DNA of 64,000 nt from Paraspadella gotoi (GCA_051294375.1 CM119264.1:24603842-24667841); one strand, 5' to 3'. Positions 1 through 13,160 are shown, counted from the first letter of the stretch. The notes: generated by a model from the letters alone, not told the origin. A program made the numbers and translations.

Positions 1-173
1 TAGAGAACGCCGAAGATTAATAATACGAAGCGACGATATAAACGATTAAAAACTTCTTCTTATCGAACCTTTTTACGGCAAAGAAGGACGACAGCAATGC
101 GTTGTCCCTCGTTTGGCAAATTTCTTTTCGCGGCGGGGAAAATAAAATGGAAACCGATTCTGTCTCTCTCCAA

Positions 174-211
<38 letters not shown>

Positions 212-3091
212 GATCCTCTCTCTCTACTACTCTCTCTTCTCTCTGCATCTCTCTCTCTCTCTTTCTTTTTTATTAGCCTACAACGCGTTAATCTGCTGGG
301 AAATAAGGATAATTGTCGCGTGATAGCAGGGTTATCACCGAAAATTTTGTTGGAGATTCTCGCTGCTTCTCCAGATTTATCCCGTATTCCACAGTATTTT
401 CAGTTGACTTTACTGAAAACTTCGGCATACATGGTAGAGTAGCGAAAAATTACCAAAACAAATTGTTCATTAGGTAAGTGACGATAAATCAAAACGCAAG
501 AAAGTCGGAATACGTGCGCAACAGTTTTAACGCAATCTCGGATGCGGAAATCGAAAGCGGGAAATTTTCTCCGTCGCTGAATCTTAATCTGAGATTCTCA
601 GTTTCCATGTTTCGATTTCCAGCGTGCGCCGCTGCAGCATCCCGCCGCATCCCGCAGCCCTAAATGCCCCGCCGCAGCCCCCCCCGCGCTTGGGAGCGTC
701 GCTGATAAGCCTGCTCCGCCCGCGGAGAAGTGTGACCGCTGACGAGAATCGCTTGACGAAATCGAATGGAGACAGCCTTTGTCGTTTGAAAAAGCATTTG
801 ACCTTTAGATTAGAGAAAACGCTCAAGACATTAATCATATGCGACCGGTTTATTACTAAGCTTGGCCACTGATTAACATAATGATTGCATTTAATGATGG
901 GTTTTGTCTTGGCGAATGTAATTTTATGTAAAAATTCTGATGGAGACGCGAATCTGAGTGTTTGAAAAGTTCTTAAAATAGTTTAAATACAAAATAGGAA
1001 AAATAGAATGACTGGGAATTTAGATTGGGCTATTTTCGTGATAAGATTTGTTCCTCAGGCGAGAAGCTATCTTTCGAAATTTTTCGAAAGTTTGGACATT
1101 GAGCGATGAACACGATTTGAATATATTAATATTTGCCTAAAATTTTCATTTATGCAGAGAATCTTTTCACCGACACACAAAAAATTGTCGAAAATCAACC
1201 GTCGAACAAATTTAGCGAAAATACAAATACGCCTGTTCCAAATATAGAGGGGACATATTTTATATTGGATTGTACCGATTTTCATATAGACAAAGAATGT
1301 AAACAACGAAACCAACGTATAACAAGATCGTCTTCTCCGCGAACATAAGATCATCGAGGGTCGACGCTGTTTTTTCTCCTTGCGCGCGCCCGAATTTCCG
1401 TCGGACAGATCATTTCCCCTCGAGACTTCGATTTCCCGCGGAAACCTCCGGTTTTTTAGTTTGTTGTTGTTGTCGTTGCTATGCCCGGTGCACTGGGTTT
1501 TCGCCGACCCGGGAGGATCGAGGGAGGTATGCGCGGGCGGTCTTGGGGCCGGAAGCGAGGGAGAGGGAGGGGGGGGCGGGGCCGGGTCACCGACCTCACC
1601 CCTCAACTCGTTCGTTTTCCGGAAATCCGCGCAGTCGGCGGTCCAGTCGGATAGGTCGAGTCGGCGATGAACCGTCGAAGTCTCGAACGACAGGTTTAAG
1701 CCCTTTTTGATGGCTGCTACAGATGGTATATTATCATTATGTGTGTTTTTCAGGTTTCCTGCCAGATGAAACTAAAAGACAAAGTCTTATAACAGCAGGC
1801 AACGATTTTATTTTATTGTACAGACAAGTTTCGGCTTTCATTGCAAGCCTTCATCAGCCTTCTATCAGCCTCTATCACCTTCAATACAGCACTGATTGAA
1901 GCTTGAAACGAAAAGCCGAAACTTGTCTGTACAATAAAATAAAATCGTTGCTGTATGCAAGACTTTGATCTTAGTTTCAATTATCTAAAAACACAACGAA
2001 AAAAGTTTAATCACAAGGTTTACCTGCCATGTCTTATTTGACCAACTCCTTCAAACTTCCACTTAAGAAAATAAAGCAGGCGAATTTCCGAAATTCGAAA
2101 TATGTAAGTTACCTCAATAATTTTTTCTTCTTTAATTCCGGTTAATTGATAATAATTAATAACGTTAATAATTTCGCATCTATGTTTTTCAGGGCCTGCC
2201 GTGCTCGCCTTTCATAATGGTTGTCACAACAAAAAAAATCTCTGTCAATTCTCTGACGGTCATTCGTTCGCAGACACTTACGAAGTTTCGCACCTCTAGA
2301 CGCCATCTATTCTCGTCTCGGCCGTTATATTAGCTTTTAAAACTCAGCCGCAGCCGTCATTAACTCTATTAACTCGTTAAAACTCATCTGCCATCTCATT
2401 CCATGCTGCATCTATTTTCCTTCTGTAATTTGTTACTGATCCTCATAATATAATCGAATCTTCGCCTATATGCCCATCACTTACTCTTGTCCCTCCCTAT
2501 TTTTAAAATCCCATCTTTTTTTGTTTTTCTTCACCTAACTTTACTAACGGTCTTTCCCCCCGTCTCGTTCACGCAAACGCTTCACCTCCTATTTTTCTTT
2601 CACTTATCAACATCCCGAAAAACTTGTCTCTCCATATCTCTCTTCTCTTTTCTTTTGTTCTTTTTTTTAGAAAACGTCTTGGCCGATTCTCAGGTCCAGC
2701 TCCACTGTCCGATCACCCGCTTCTCGCCCCCGACGCTGCGCTCATCATCTTTCAATTCTAAAATTCGTTTGGAAAGGGCCGTTTATTTGGAGTGAGGCGA
2801 TAACGGAGGTAGTTCTCAAACAGAGTTGTTAATATAATTATAATTAGTCAATAACATCTGCACAGCTCAGCTTATTCTCTTATCTCGAATATCTCTCTCT
2901 TCTTTTATCTCTTTCTCCTTTCCTCCTCCTTTCTCAACTCCCTCTCTTTTCTATCCGCTCTCGTCTCTCTCCTGCTATCCCACTTTCGCCTCATCCACCC
3001 AACCATTTTTCTCGCCTCGATAATTCACTCTTATCTGCTAATCTCACACTCTTCAGCATCCGCCTGGTCGCTTTGGACATTTGCTCGTGAA
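1..3091 (+). repeat. Indel-rich second copy of 4930-7833 (probable long-read gap-fill or allelic redundancy)
   Basis: Collinear with 4930-7833 from tagagacgccgaagattaata to atttgcgtgaa. Differences are mostly scattered single-base insertions. A 25-N gap follows at 4206-4230. Confidence 0.85.
1752..2029. mobile_element. Noisy copy of the palindromic Penelope-like/hammerhead element at 6593-6858
   Basis: Same inverted arms, tail (atctaaaaacacaacgaaaaaagtttaatcaca) and flanking aggttt(a)c(c)tgcca repeats, with indels. Confidence 0.8.
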
Positions 3092-3109
3092 GAGAGAGAG
3101 AGAGAGAGA

Positions 3110-3473
3110 GATATTGATTTTCCACGGTGGGCAACACCGAAACGCCTAAACGAAACACGAAACTTTCAAAACTTTGGATAAATTTCCATTCATTCTCTTT
3201 TTTTTCAATAATTTTTATTTCTTTTTTTCTTCTTTCACGAGATAATTCTGATTTTAAATTTTCTCGTTTGACATTAGGCAGACCCCAACACAATAAACCG
3301 ATTAAGGATTTGATGAAAGGGGAAAAAAATTAAAAAGTTAAATTTATTTTTAATCACCAACTCACAAAATTTTGGAATAGTAATAAAATATATTAAACTA
3401 AGCTACGTAGAAGCAAAGCATTTCCCTCCATTGTGCAAGTTTTAAAAATTACGTCTTTTTATCTTAGTTGTTC

Positions 3474-3509
<36 letters not shown>

Positions 3510-3527
3510 TGAGAGAGAGAGAGAGGG

Positions 3528-3560
<33 letters not shown>

Positions 3561-3995
3561 AGAGAGATAGAGAGAGAGAGAGAAGAGAGGAAGAGAGAGA
3601 GGAGATATTGAATATTTCCACGGTGGGCAACACCGAAACGCCTAACGAACAACGAAACTTCAAAACTTTGCGATAAATTTCCATTCACATCTTCTCTTTT
3701 TTTCAAGTAATTTTTTATTTTCTCTTTTTTTCTTTCTTTCACGAGATTAATTCTGATTTTAAATTTTCTCGTTTGACATTAGGCAACACCCACACAATAA
3801 ATCCGATTAGAGGATTTGATGAAAGGGGAAAAAAATTAAAAAAAAGCAAGTTTAATTTATTTTTAATCACTCCCAAAAATTTTGGAATAGTAATAAAATA
3901 TATTAAACTAAGCTAGTAGGAAAGCAAAAGCATTTCCCTCCATTGTGCAGTTTTAAAAAAATTACGTCTTTTTATCTTAGTTGTTCTCTATCTTT
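3110..3995 (+). repeat. Tandem duplication of ~370 bp (3110-3480 and 3603-3995) joined through (TTTC)n/(GA)n
   Basis: Both copies run from atattga...tttccacggtgggcaacaccgaaacgcc to tagttgttctctatct. Confidence 0.8.
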
Positions 3996-4172
3996 CTTTC
4001 TTTCTTTTTCTTTCTTATCTTTCTTTCTTTCTTTCTTTCTCTTCTTTCTTTCTTTCTTTCCTTTCTTTCTTTCTTTCTTTCTTTCTTTCTCTCACTATGC
4101 TCTCTCTTCTCTCTCTATCTCTCTCTCTCTCTCTCTCTCTCACTCTCTCCCCCTCTCTCTCCTTCTCTCTCA

Positions 4173-4203
<31 letters not shown>

Positions 4204-5076
4204 AANNNNNNNNNNNNNNNNNNNNNNNNNTTACGGATTTCTTGCGGTGATCGTCGCGAAAAAAAATGTTCTTTTCAATTTGCGACGACGGGAGGCGACG
4301 TGACGACCGCGGCCGCGACGTGGCCTTTCCGAGAGACACGCCCACCGGATCGTCGTCTCATTTCCTCGTCTACTCCTCCTCCTCCTCTTCCTCCCCCCCA
4401 GCCTTTTCTCACGACGGGGGTTCAACTCGTTTTGGAATTTCATTGACGAAACGAGCGAATCGTTACGAGTCCGCGACCGACTCTGTCATCGATTCTCCCA
4501 TGAGTAATGATTAAAATGTGATTTTGAGGCGTTAAAATTATAATCAAAGAATTCCAATGTCATGCGGACTCGACAGGCAAGGTAATTTTTTTTTTTTTAA
4601 GATTAATTTATTGGTAAATTTGCGTGTAATTATACTAGATAATGAGATGATTATTTTTGGACTTTTAAGCTACATCAATTGTGTTCAAATTTATAACACA
4701 TTACAAGCGGATTGTTTACTAAGGAGTGCCGCTCTCTAAGTTATGTGTTCCCAAATTGTAAGTAATTCCTATCTCTCTGTCTTTCTCGTTATATCTTCTC
4801 CCCACGGAAACTTTTAACTAAAAATTAACGAGGAATTTAAAATAAATAAAAGGAATAAGTAACTGGANNNNNNNNNNTCGAAACGAGGCATTTAATTTGT
4901 CACGGTATTCATCCATACACGTCGTCGTTTAGAGACGCCGAAGATTAATAATACGAGCGACGATATAAACGATTAAACTTCTTCTTATCGAAACTTTTAC
5001 GGCGAAGGAGCCAATCGTTGTCCCTCGTTGGCTAATTCTTTCGCGGGGGGAAAATAAAATGGATAACGATTTTCTG

Positions 5077-5127
<51 letters not shown>

Positions 5128-5134
5128 TCTCTCT

Positions 5135-5176
<42 letters not shown>

Positions 5177-6655
5177 CTCTTTTTTATTAGCTACAACGCT
5201 TAATTCTGCTGGGAAATAAGGATAATTGTCCGTGATACAGGGTTATCACCGAAAATTTTGTTGGAGATTCTCTGCTGCTTCTGCTAGATTTATCCCAGGA
5301 TTCCACATGATTTTTCAGTTGACTTACTGAAAACTTCCATACATGGTAGAGAGCGAAAAATACCAAAACAATTTGTTCATTAGGTAAGTGACGATAAATC
5401 AAAACGCAAGAAAGTCGGGATCCGTTGCGCAACAGTTTAACGCAATCTCGGATTCGGAATCCGAAAGCGGGAAATTTCTCGTCGCGATCTTAAATCGTAG
5501 ATTCTCAGTTTCCAGTTTCGATTTCCCGCGGCGCCGCTGCAGCATCCGCCGCATCCGCAGCCCTAAATGCCCCGCCGCAGCCCCCCCGCCGCGCTTGGGA
5601 GCGTCCGCTCGATAGCTCTCCCCCCGACGGAGAAGTGTGACGCTGACGAGGATCGTTGACGAAATCGAATGGAGACGCCTTTTCGTTTGAAGATTTGACC
5701 TTTAGATTAGAGAAAACGCTCAAGACATAATAATGGCGACGTTTATTACTAAGCTTGGCACTGATTACCAAATGATTGCATTAATGATGGGTTTTGCTTG
5801 GCGAATGGTAATTTATGTAAAAACTTCGTGAAGGAGACCGGAATTGAGTGTTTGAAAAGTCCTTAAAATAGTTTAAATACAAAATAGGAAAAAGAATGAC
5901 TGGGAATTAATTGGGCTATTTCGTGATAAGATTTGTCCTCAGCGAGAGCTATCTTCGAAATTTTCGAAAGTTTGACATTGAGCGATGAACACGATTTGAA
6001 AATTAATATGTTTCCTAAATTTTCATTATCAGAGAAGATTTTTTCACAACACAAAAATTGTCGAAAATCAACGTCGAAAAATTTAAGCGAAAATACCAAA
6101 ATACCAAAGCCTGTCCAAAGTCAGGGGCAACATATTTATATTGGTTGTACCAATTTCATATAGACAAAGAATGTAAACAACGAAACCAACGTATAAACAA
6201 AGATCGTCTTCCCGCGAACATAAGATCATCGAGGGTCGACGCGTTTTTTTCTCCTTCGCCGCCCGAATTCTCCCGTCGACGATCCTTTTCCCCTCGAGAC
6301 TTCGATTTCCCGCGGAAAACCCCGGTTTTTGTTGTTGTTGTTGTCGTTGCTTGCCCGGTCACGGGTTTTCGCCGACCCGGGAGGATCGAGGGAATGCGCG
6401 GCGGTTTTTGGGGGCGGAAGCGAGGGGAGGGGAGGGGGGGGGGCGGGGCCGGGTCACCGACTCACCCCTCAACTCGTTCGTCGGAAATCCCAGTCGGCGG
6501 AGTCGGACGTCGAGTCGGCGATGAACCGTCGAAGTCTCGAACGAAGGTTTAAGCCTTTTTATGCTCATGGTAATTATCATTATGTTTTTTTCAGGTTTAC
6601 TGCCAATTGAAACTAAAGACAAAGTCTTGATACAGCAACGATTTTATTTTATTGT

Positions 6656-6692
6656 ACAGACAAGTTTCGGCTTTCATTCAAGCCTTCATCAG
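6656..6692 (-). ncRNA. Minimal hammerhead ribozyme motif (inverted twin)
   Basis: Minus strand reads CTGATGAAGGCTTGAATGAAAGCCGAAACTTGTC, preceded by three more tandem CTGATGAAGG units. The 5' strand of stem I is lost. Confidence 0.6.
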
Positions 6693-6721
6693 CCTTCATC
6701 AGCCTTCATCAGCCTTCATCA

Positions 6722-6761
6722 GCACTGATGAAGGCTTGAATGAAAGCCGAAACTTGTCTGT
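6722..6761 (+). ncRNA. Minimal type I hammerhead ribozyme motif
   Basis: CTGATGA (6725-6731), A, GGCTT gaatga AAGCC (stem II), GAAA (6749-6752), CTTG, TC. Predicted cleavage after C6758. Stem I is only ~3 bp (gca/tgt). Confidence 0.7.
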
Positions 6762-9651
6762 ACAATAAAATAAAATCGTTGCTGTATCAAGACTTTGTCT
6801 TTAGTTTCAATTATCTAAAACACAACGAAAGAAAGTTTAATCACAAGGTTTACTGCCATGTCTTATTTGACCAACTCCTTCAACTTCACTTAAGAAATAA
6901 AGCAGCGAAGTCGAAATTCGAAAAATTGGTAAGTTACCTCAATAATTTTTTTTTCTTTAATTCCGTATTGATAATAATTAATAATTAAATTTCCATCTAT
7001 GTTTTTAGGGCCTCCGTGCTCGCCTTTCATAATGGTTGTCACAACAAAAAAAAATCTCTGTCATTCTCTGACGTCATTCGTTCGCAGACACTTCGAAGTT
7101 CGCACCTCTGACGCCATCTATTCTCGTCTCGCCGTTATATTAGCTTAAAACTCAGCGCCAGCGTCATTAACCTATTAACTCGTTAAAACTCATCTCCATC
7201 TCATTCCCATTGCTCATCTTTTTCCTTTCTGAATTTGTTACTCGATCCTCATAATATAATCGAATTTCGCTATATCCCTCACTACTCTTGTCCCTCCCTA
7301 TTTTTAAATCCCATCTTTTTTTTTCTCACCTAACTTTACTAACGGTCTTTCCCCGTCTCGTTCACACTTCACCTCCTATTTTCTTTTCACTTCAACATCC
7401 GAAAACTTCGTCTCTCCATCTTCTCTTCTCTTTTCTTTGTCTTTTTTTTGAAACGCCGATTCTCAGGTCCAGCTCCACTCCATACCCGCTTTCCCCCCGA
7501 CGCTCGCTCATCATCTTTCAATTCTAAAATTCGTTTGGAAAGGGCCGTTTATCTGGGAGGGAAACGGAGGTAGTTTCAAACAGAGTTGTTAATATAATTA
7601 TAATTTAGTCAATAACATCTTGCCACTCAGCTTATCTCTTATCTCGATATCTCTCTCTTCTTTTATCTCTTTCTCCTTTCTCCTCTTTCTCACTCCCCCT
7701 CTCTTTTCTATCCCTCTCTCCTCTCTCCCTTATCCCACTCGCTCATCACCCAACCATTTTTCTCCCTCGATTAATTCACTCTATCTCTATCTCACACTCT
7801 TCAGCATCCGCGTCGCTTGGACCATTTGCGTGAAAAGCCTCGCCGAATCATCGTCATCATCGTCGTCGTCGCCGTCATCGTTGGACCAAAGTCATAATTT
7901 TTCACTCTTATTCTCACCCTTTTCTCGGAAAGAGCCGGCGCCTGTCTCTCCTCTTCTCTCTCTCGATCTCTCTCTCTCTCTCCTCTCTCTCATTCTCATC
8001 CTCGTCTCTCCGTCCTCTCTCTCCTCTTCTCTCTTACTCTCTCATTCTCTCTCGCTGCATTCTCTCTCTCTCTCGTCTGTCCAGGCGAAGAAGCGAGGGT
8101 CTTACGCGGAAGAGACGGATCGTCCATCAATTCGAACGTCACACGAGAACCGAGTTACAATTTATTTCTATCGATAGAAGTTTTTTTTACCTAATTGGGG
8201 GAGAGTTAGATAGCGAGTGACGTAGACAGAGACAGAGACAGACAGAAACAGAGATAGAATAAGACAGACATCGGATTAAAACTAAATTCCAAAGAGACAC
8301 CGACTGTTATAAAATTTCGCAGGCTCCAGTTTATTTTTTATTCGATTTATTTATATTCGATCTCCATTTATCGTAATCAATGTTTATGTCTCCCTTTACT
8401 TTTTTTTTCTTTCCTGCAAAACGTCTGGCTTTTAAATCGACTTCGTTTTCATTTCAAGATCGAGAAAATATTTTTAAAAAAAAGTGATAAGAAAAAAATT
8501 GTGCCAAACAAGAAAACGTTTTATCCGATCCAATCAATCTTCAAGAGAGAATCTGCTTTCATCTCTCCGTCTCTTTCTCGTTTCTTCTCTGTCTTTAACT
8601 TCGTGTTTCAACGTCAATCTTTCTGTCTCCCGTATAATGTATATCGCGTCTATTTTCTTGTATTGCTATGAAAGTGTTTGAATATTAGACATTATCTTTG
8701 TTTTTTGTTTCTGACTTTGTTGGAGTCTCTCTCCTCGTCTCCTGCCTCCTCGCTCCCCATCTCGCTTCCTCGTCTGTCCATCTCTTCCGTCACCGCTCCT
8801 CTCTCCGTCTCCCCACTCCTCTATCTCCGCATCCCTCTCTCTCCTCCTCTCTCTCTCTCTCTCTCTCTGCTCTCCCTCTCCCTCTCTCTCTCTCTTTTTT
8901 TTCCTTTCTAAGATTATCATTTTTTATCGGCTCCTTAACGTTTCGAGCCAAGAATCTGATTTTTCTTCATATTATTTCAAATCTTTTCATAAAAAATTCT
9001 TCTATAAACGAAAAGCTTTCCTCCCAACTTCTTTTCCCACTTCCCCATTCCCGGATTCTCGCACTTTTCATCATGCTTGTCTCGCTGGTTGCCTTTTTTC
9101 ATAATTTGCTTGCTTTTCCGAGAATCACTTTATTTATTACGATAGGATTATATAAATTTGCCTGAAATACTACTAGAGAGCAACAATTTCCCATTTTGCT
9201 TGCTTTGCTTGGTAACCCGAGGCCATCGCTGGTTTTTCTCCCATTTTTTTTTTCTCGTTGTCTTTTTTTTTTTACTGAGACGGAAATTCCCCGGAGTAAA
9301 ACCCTAAGATTCCCCGTCGTTTCAAAAAAAGCCTCGAGAAAAAGAAAGAAAAAAGAAAGAGAAAGACCCGCAATAAAAATCGCTTAAAAGTTGGAATAAA
9401 TGAGAAAAAGAAAACAAAAAATGGGAGGTGCTCTTTTACAGTCTCCTTCACGAGGAAAAAAAAAGAAAGCGTAGTTCTAATTTGCGATGAAAATAAAAAA
9501 AAAGAAAAGGAAAAAAGGAGAAAAAAAAAGAAAAGTTGTGATCTCGTAAAAGCGAAGAACAAACAATTCGATCCGCGGGGATGCGATTCCACGTTTCCCC
9601 CCCTTTTTTTTCAAATCCCCCCCCGGGGAAAAAAAAACCTGAAAGAGAAGA

Positions 9652-9975
9652 AACACTCGGCATTCCTCTTTGGCATTCTTCTGTGTTTTTTACAACTCGG
9701 CATCTCTCTGTGGCCTTCTTCGGAGTTCTGACTCTTCTTCTTTACAACTCGGCATTCCTTTTTGACATTCTTCGTCTTTTTTTTTCAAACCTGCATTCTT
9801 ATGATTTGTTATCCTGACATCTGGGCATTCCTCTTTTGGTATCCTTTTGGTATCATTCTTCTTATTCGTCTTTTTTACAACTCGGCATTCCTCTTTGCCG
9901 ATCTTTCGGTACGTGATTTTTAAAACTCGGCATTCCCCAATTGCATTCTTCTTTGCAAGTTGGCATTCCTCAAAG
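9652..9975. repeat. Degenerate minisatellite built on (t)acaactcggcattcct
   Basis: Motif actcggcattc or ggcattc recurs many times with irregular spacing. Confidence 0.6.
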
Positions 9976-10377
9976 GATTCGCACAATTTGTGGGGAATTT
10001 TTTTTTTAACACACTCATCAGTAAGGCGGGCCAAAATTGAACATTTTTATAACATCTAGTTCTCTCAAAAAAAAATATTTTTTTACTTCTACTACTATAT
10101 CGATTTTCAATGTAACTTTTTGAATTAGTACATTGAGTTGTTACACTGAAGCTTTTAAATATTTATGAATATAAGAACGAATTCTTATAAAGCCTAAAAA
10201 GTTAAATAAAAGTTAGTATTATAATTTGATAATAGAAAAATATTTAAAAAAATTATCATTATCATCATCATTGACTGATTTTATATTTTTTTAAAAGATA
10301 ACAAAAATATTTTAAAAGTTGTATTAATAACCTATATCTAACTATAAAGCTCTATCGTTGTTTATTGGTAATAGAGA

Positions 10378-10438
10378 AAGCAAAGAATTTTGAATTTTTA
10401 ACAACGATTTTAATTAATAGTTGGACATGTTTCGGCTT
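10378..10438 (-). mobile_element. Decayed remnant of a related Penelope-like pLTR (3' half of hammerhead)
   Basis: Minus strand aagccGAAACATGTCcaactattaattaaaatcgttg resembles aagccGAAACTTGTCtgtacaataaaataaaatcgttg of the 6.7-kb element. The CTGATGA core is absent. Confidence 0.55.
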
Positions 10439-10495
10439 GTTTACTTCAACATAAAAAAATAAAGTTTTTTAAAAACTTTATATAGTAATAAAATA

Positions 10496-11097
10496 CAGTC
10501 TTGTGCAAAAAAAAGGACACTCTTAAATCCTAGATAGCTCGCTTTTTATGCTAGAAATTTTATTTTAAAATAATAATGAGTTGAAAATAATAATGTAGAT
10601 TTTTAAAAGTAAAATCTATATGTGTAAGTTTAAAAAAAATGGTCAAGCCATTCAAGAGCTATAGCAACCAAAAGAAAAATGGTCAAAACACAAAATAAGA
10701 GAAAAAACATTTTTGAAGATCCGAGGATGCCGTTCAGCTTTGATTTTTGGGCGTTGAAATCATGTATCATAACAAATTTGGCATGGAAAGAGTAGATTTT
10801 TGAAATAGGAATACATATGTATAAGTTAAAAGAAAATCGGTAAAATTACTCCAAAGAAATGGAACCTTAAACACAAAAGGTTAAAATTTGTAAATTTTTA
10901 TCTGCTTTTTTTGAGTAGTTCCTTTTAAAAAATCATTGCTCACAAATGGATTGCTAAATTTGAACCAAATTTGCAGCAATGGTTCCTTTTTCCATAAAGT
11001 TTATTGACCTATAATATTTTCCATAATAAAAGAATCTAACAAGATTTATTTGGGCAATGTTTTTGGATGTCCTCTTTTTTTTTTTTTGCGCAGGTCT
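10496..11097. mobile_element. Non-autonomous Tc1/mariner-like element (MITE-like)
   Basis: Left end TA|cagtcttgtgcaaaaaaaaggacac. Decayed inverted right end gtcc(t)n gcgcaggtct. Internal sequence is homologous to 21915-22159. Confidence 0.55.
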
Positions 11098-11419
11098 TTT
11101 TTTAAATGCTTCCGTTGTCCACACCGTGCGCTTATTCATAAGATAAATCTTAAAACTATTTTCATTTTCATATTCTTTAACAGTGACTTTACCATTATTT
11201 ATTTGAGAGAACTTCTAGTTTTAAACCTGTTCCGGCCTACTCATCAGTCATACTTTTTTTTTTCAAAATTGTTTAGTTTAATTGCGTTTTTAATTTTGGG
11301 CTAAATTTTCGTCGCGACGTCGACATAAAATTAATTTCTAGAAAATAAAAAAAAATGAACGTCACGATTTAATTAGATGAAAAACAAGAAGGAGAAAAAT
11401 GAGGAAATGGATGAAATAA

Positions 11420-11540
11420 AGATGGAGGGAAGATGGAGAAAAAATGGTAAGCTGATGGAGGGATGATAGAGCAAAAATGGTAAGCTGATGGAGTGATGAT
11501 AGAGCAAAAATATCAAGCTGATGAATGGATGATGGAGCGA
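11420..11540. repeat. 33-bp minisatellite, ~3.5 units
   Basis: aaaatggtaagctgatggagggatgatagagca recurs at 11441, 11474 and 11507. Confidence 0.75.
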
Positions 11541-11907
11541 TGACGGAATGATGACAGAGTGACAACAGATAAAAGATGGAGTACAGTATAACCGGGGCGT
11601 GATGATAAAGCGATCTTTGACGAGAATATTTTCCGTAACTCTCACGACATGATTCAATGAGACATGGCGTTAGGATTCAGGCTACAAGTTAATGCCATGT
11701 TTTAACGAATGTGAGCGCGTGAGACAGAGTGACCTTGCTTTGCAGTCGCAGCTGAAAATCGAGTCTCACTATTAGCGAGTCACCAAATCGGCGAGTCGCG
11801 GTCGGCGCCAAACTCAGTGAATGAGCGACTGAGTTAAGAGTGAAACTGACCATAAATCATCGCAGCTCGTTTAAAACTGGAGGGGGAGGGGGGCGGAGGG
11901 AGGAGAG

Positions 11908-11996
<89 letters not shown>

Positions 11997-13069
11997 GTTG
12001 CCGATTTTTTTTGCTAAAAACGAAAACGAATGAATGGAAAAAATGAGAATGAAGCCTTTGAGAACGAATACGCGAATGGACATGGGCTCACTGTTATATT
12101 GGGCTTTTGAGAGATAAAAGAAAGAAAGAAAGAAATATAATTCGTGGGCGAATGTTGAAAGCCAACGAAGGAAATGGAAATTTGATTAATAATAATGAGT
12201 TGAAAATAACAATTTTTCTACGTAGAATAAAATAGTTATTCTCAATGCTCAATTGCTCATTGAGGGAAAATGAGTTTCGGGCGTTAGAGAGGGAATTGGG
12301 GATATTGGGGCACGAGAGAAAGAAGGAGAGAGACAGAGAGAGAGACAGAGAGAGAGTCAGCGCCTTTCGTTTCAAATGGGAAACTTTCTGCATAATGAAC
12401 CCATTACGAGGTTTTTCCAACTCGAGAGTTCGTTTCACCAACACAAGTTATTCGGCGATTTCGCCCTCTCTTCCATCCTCACGCCTTTTGGCACTATTTT
12501 CAGAAAGCGCCTCATTTCTGTTCCTAATCCCTGAACTTATTATTATCTTAAGTATTGGACCCTAAACTCTCACCAAATATTTAAGTTTGATCACCTGACA
12601 TGTCTAATACCCGACCCTGATACTTTACATTGACCCAATCCCGAACTCTCGTCATAAATTTTAATATAACTTACTTAATTCTGGATTCGGGGCACTATTG
12701 AAAAATATGGGCCGGTTTTTTTTTTAAGGTTCGCGTCTCATTATTTTTTTTTCTTTTCGTTTGAAATTAAAACCGAGAAATTCTTGACCCAAATTCAAAC
12801 GGGTGATGTGGGAGGATGAGGAGGAGGAGGAAGAAGAAGAGGAGGAAGAGGATAAAAAGGCGTCAGGTGGCGAAAGACGTAAAAACAAAAGTCGAAATAA
12901 CGGATGACGGAATCGTAAAGAATCGCAGGTCGTCGGAGATAAACGAGAAGAAATATGAAGTTTGAGGTTTTGTTTTTGGACGCGTTCGTCTGTGAAAGGG
13001 ACGGTTCGTCATAAAAGGTGCATTTCATTTTGTGAAATATCTTCGACCGTTAGCTAGTCGTCGTGAGAG

Positions 13070-13160
13070 ACTTTTTCGCCGTGAGAAAATCTTTCGCCGT
13101 AAGACTAAGAAGCTTTTTCGCCGTAAGTTTCGCCGTAAAAAAAAACTTTTTCGCCGTGAG
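13070..13160. repeat. Short degenerate tandem repeat of tttcgccgt(g/a)ag
   Basis: Five tttcgccgt cores within 90 bp. Confidence 0.7.

Larger units (their letters stand above)
6593..6858. mobile_element. Non-autonomous miniature Penelope-like element (inverted pLTR fragments, 3' tail, TSD)
   Basis: Perfect 88-bp inverted arms at 6605-6692 and 6725-6812. Spacer made of (ccttcatcag)n. One-sided 33-bp tail at 6813-6845. Direct repeat aggtttactgcca at 6593-6605 and 6846-6858. Each arm holds a hammerhead core followed by AATAAA, as in PLE pLTRs. Confidence 0.8.
4930..7833 (+). repeat. Cleaner copy of the segment duplicated at 1-3091
   Basis: Direct visual alignment with 1-3091. Confidence 0.85.

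Noticed and set aside
5643-5672. CTGACGAG...CGAAATCGA hammerhead-like string
   Set aside because: Stem II does not pair and there is no UH cleavage site at the required position.
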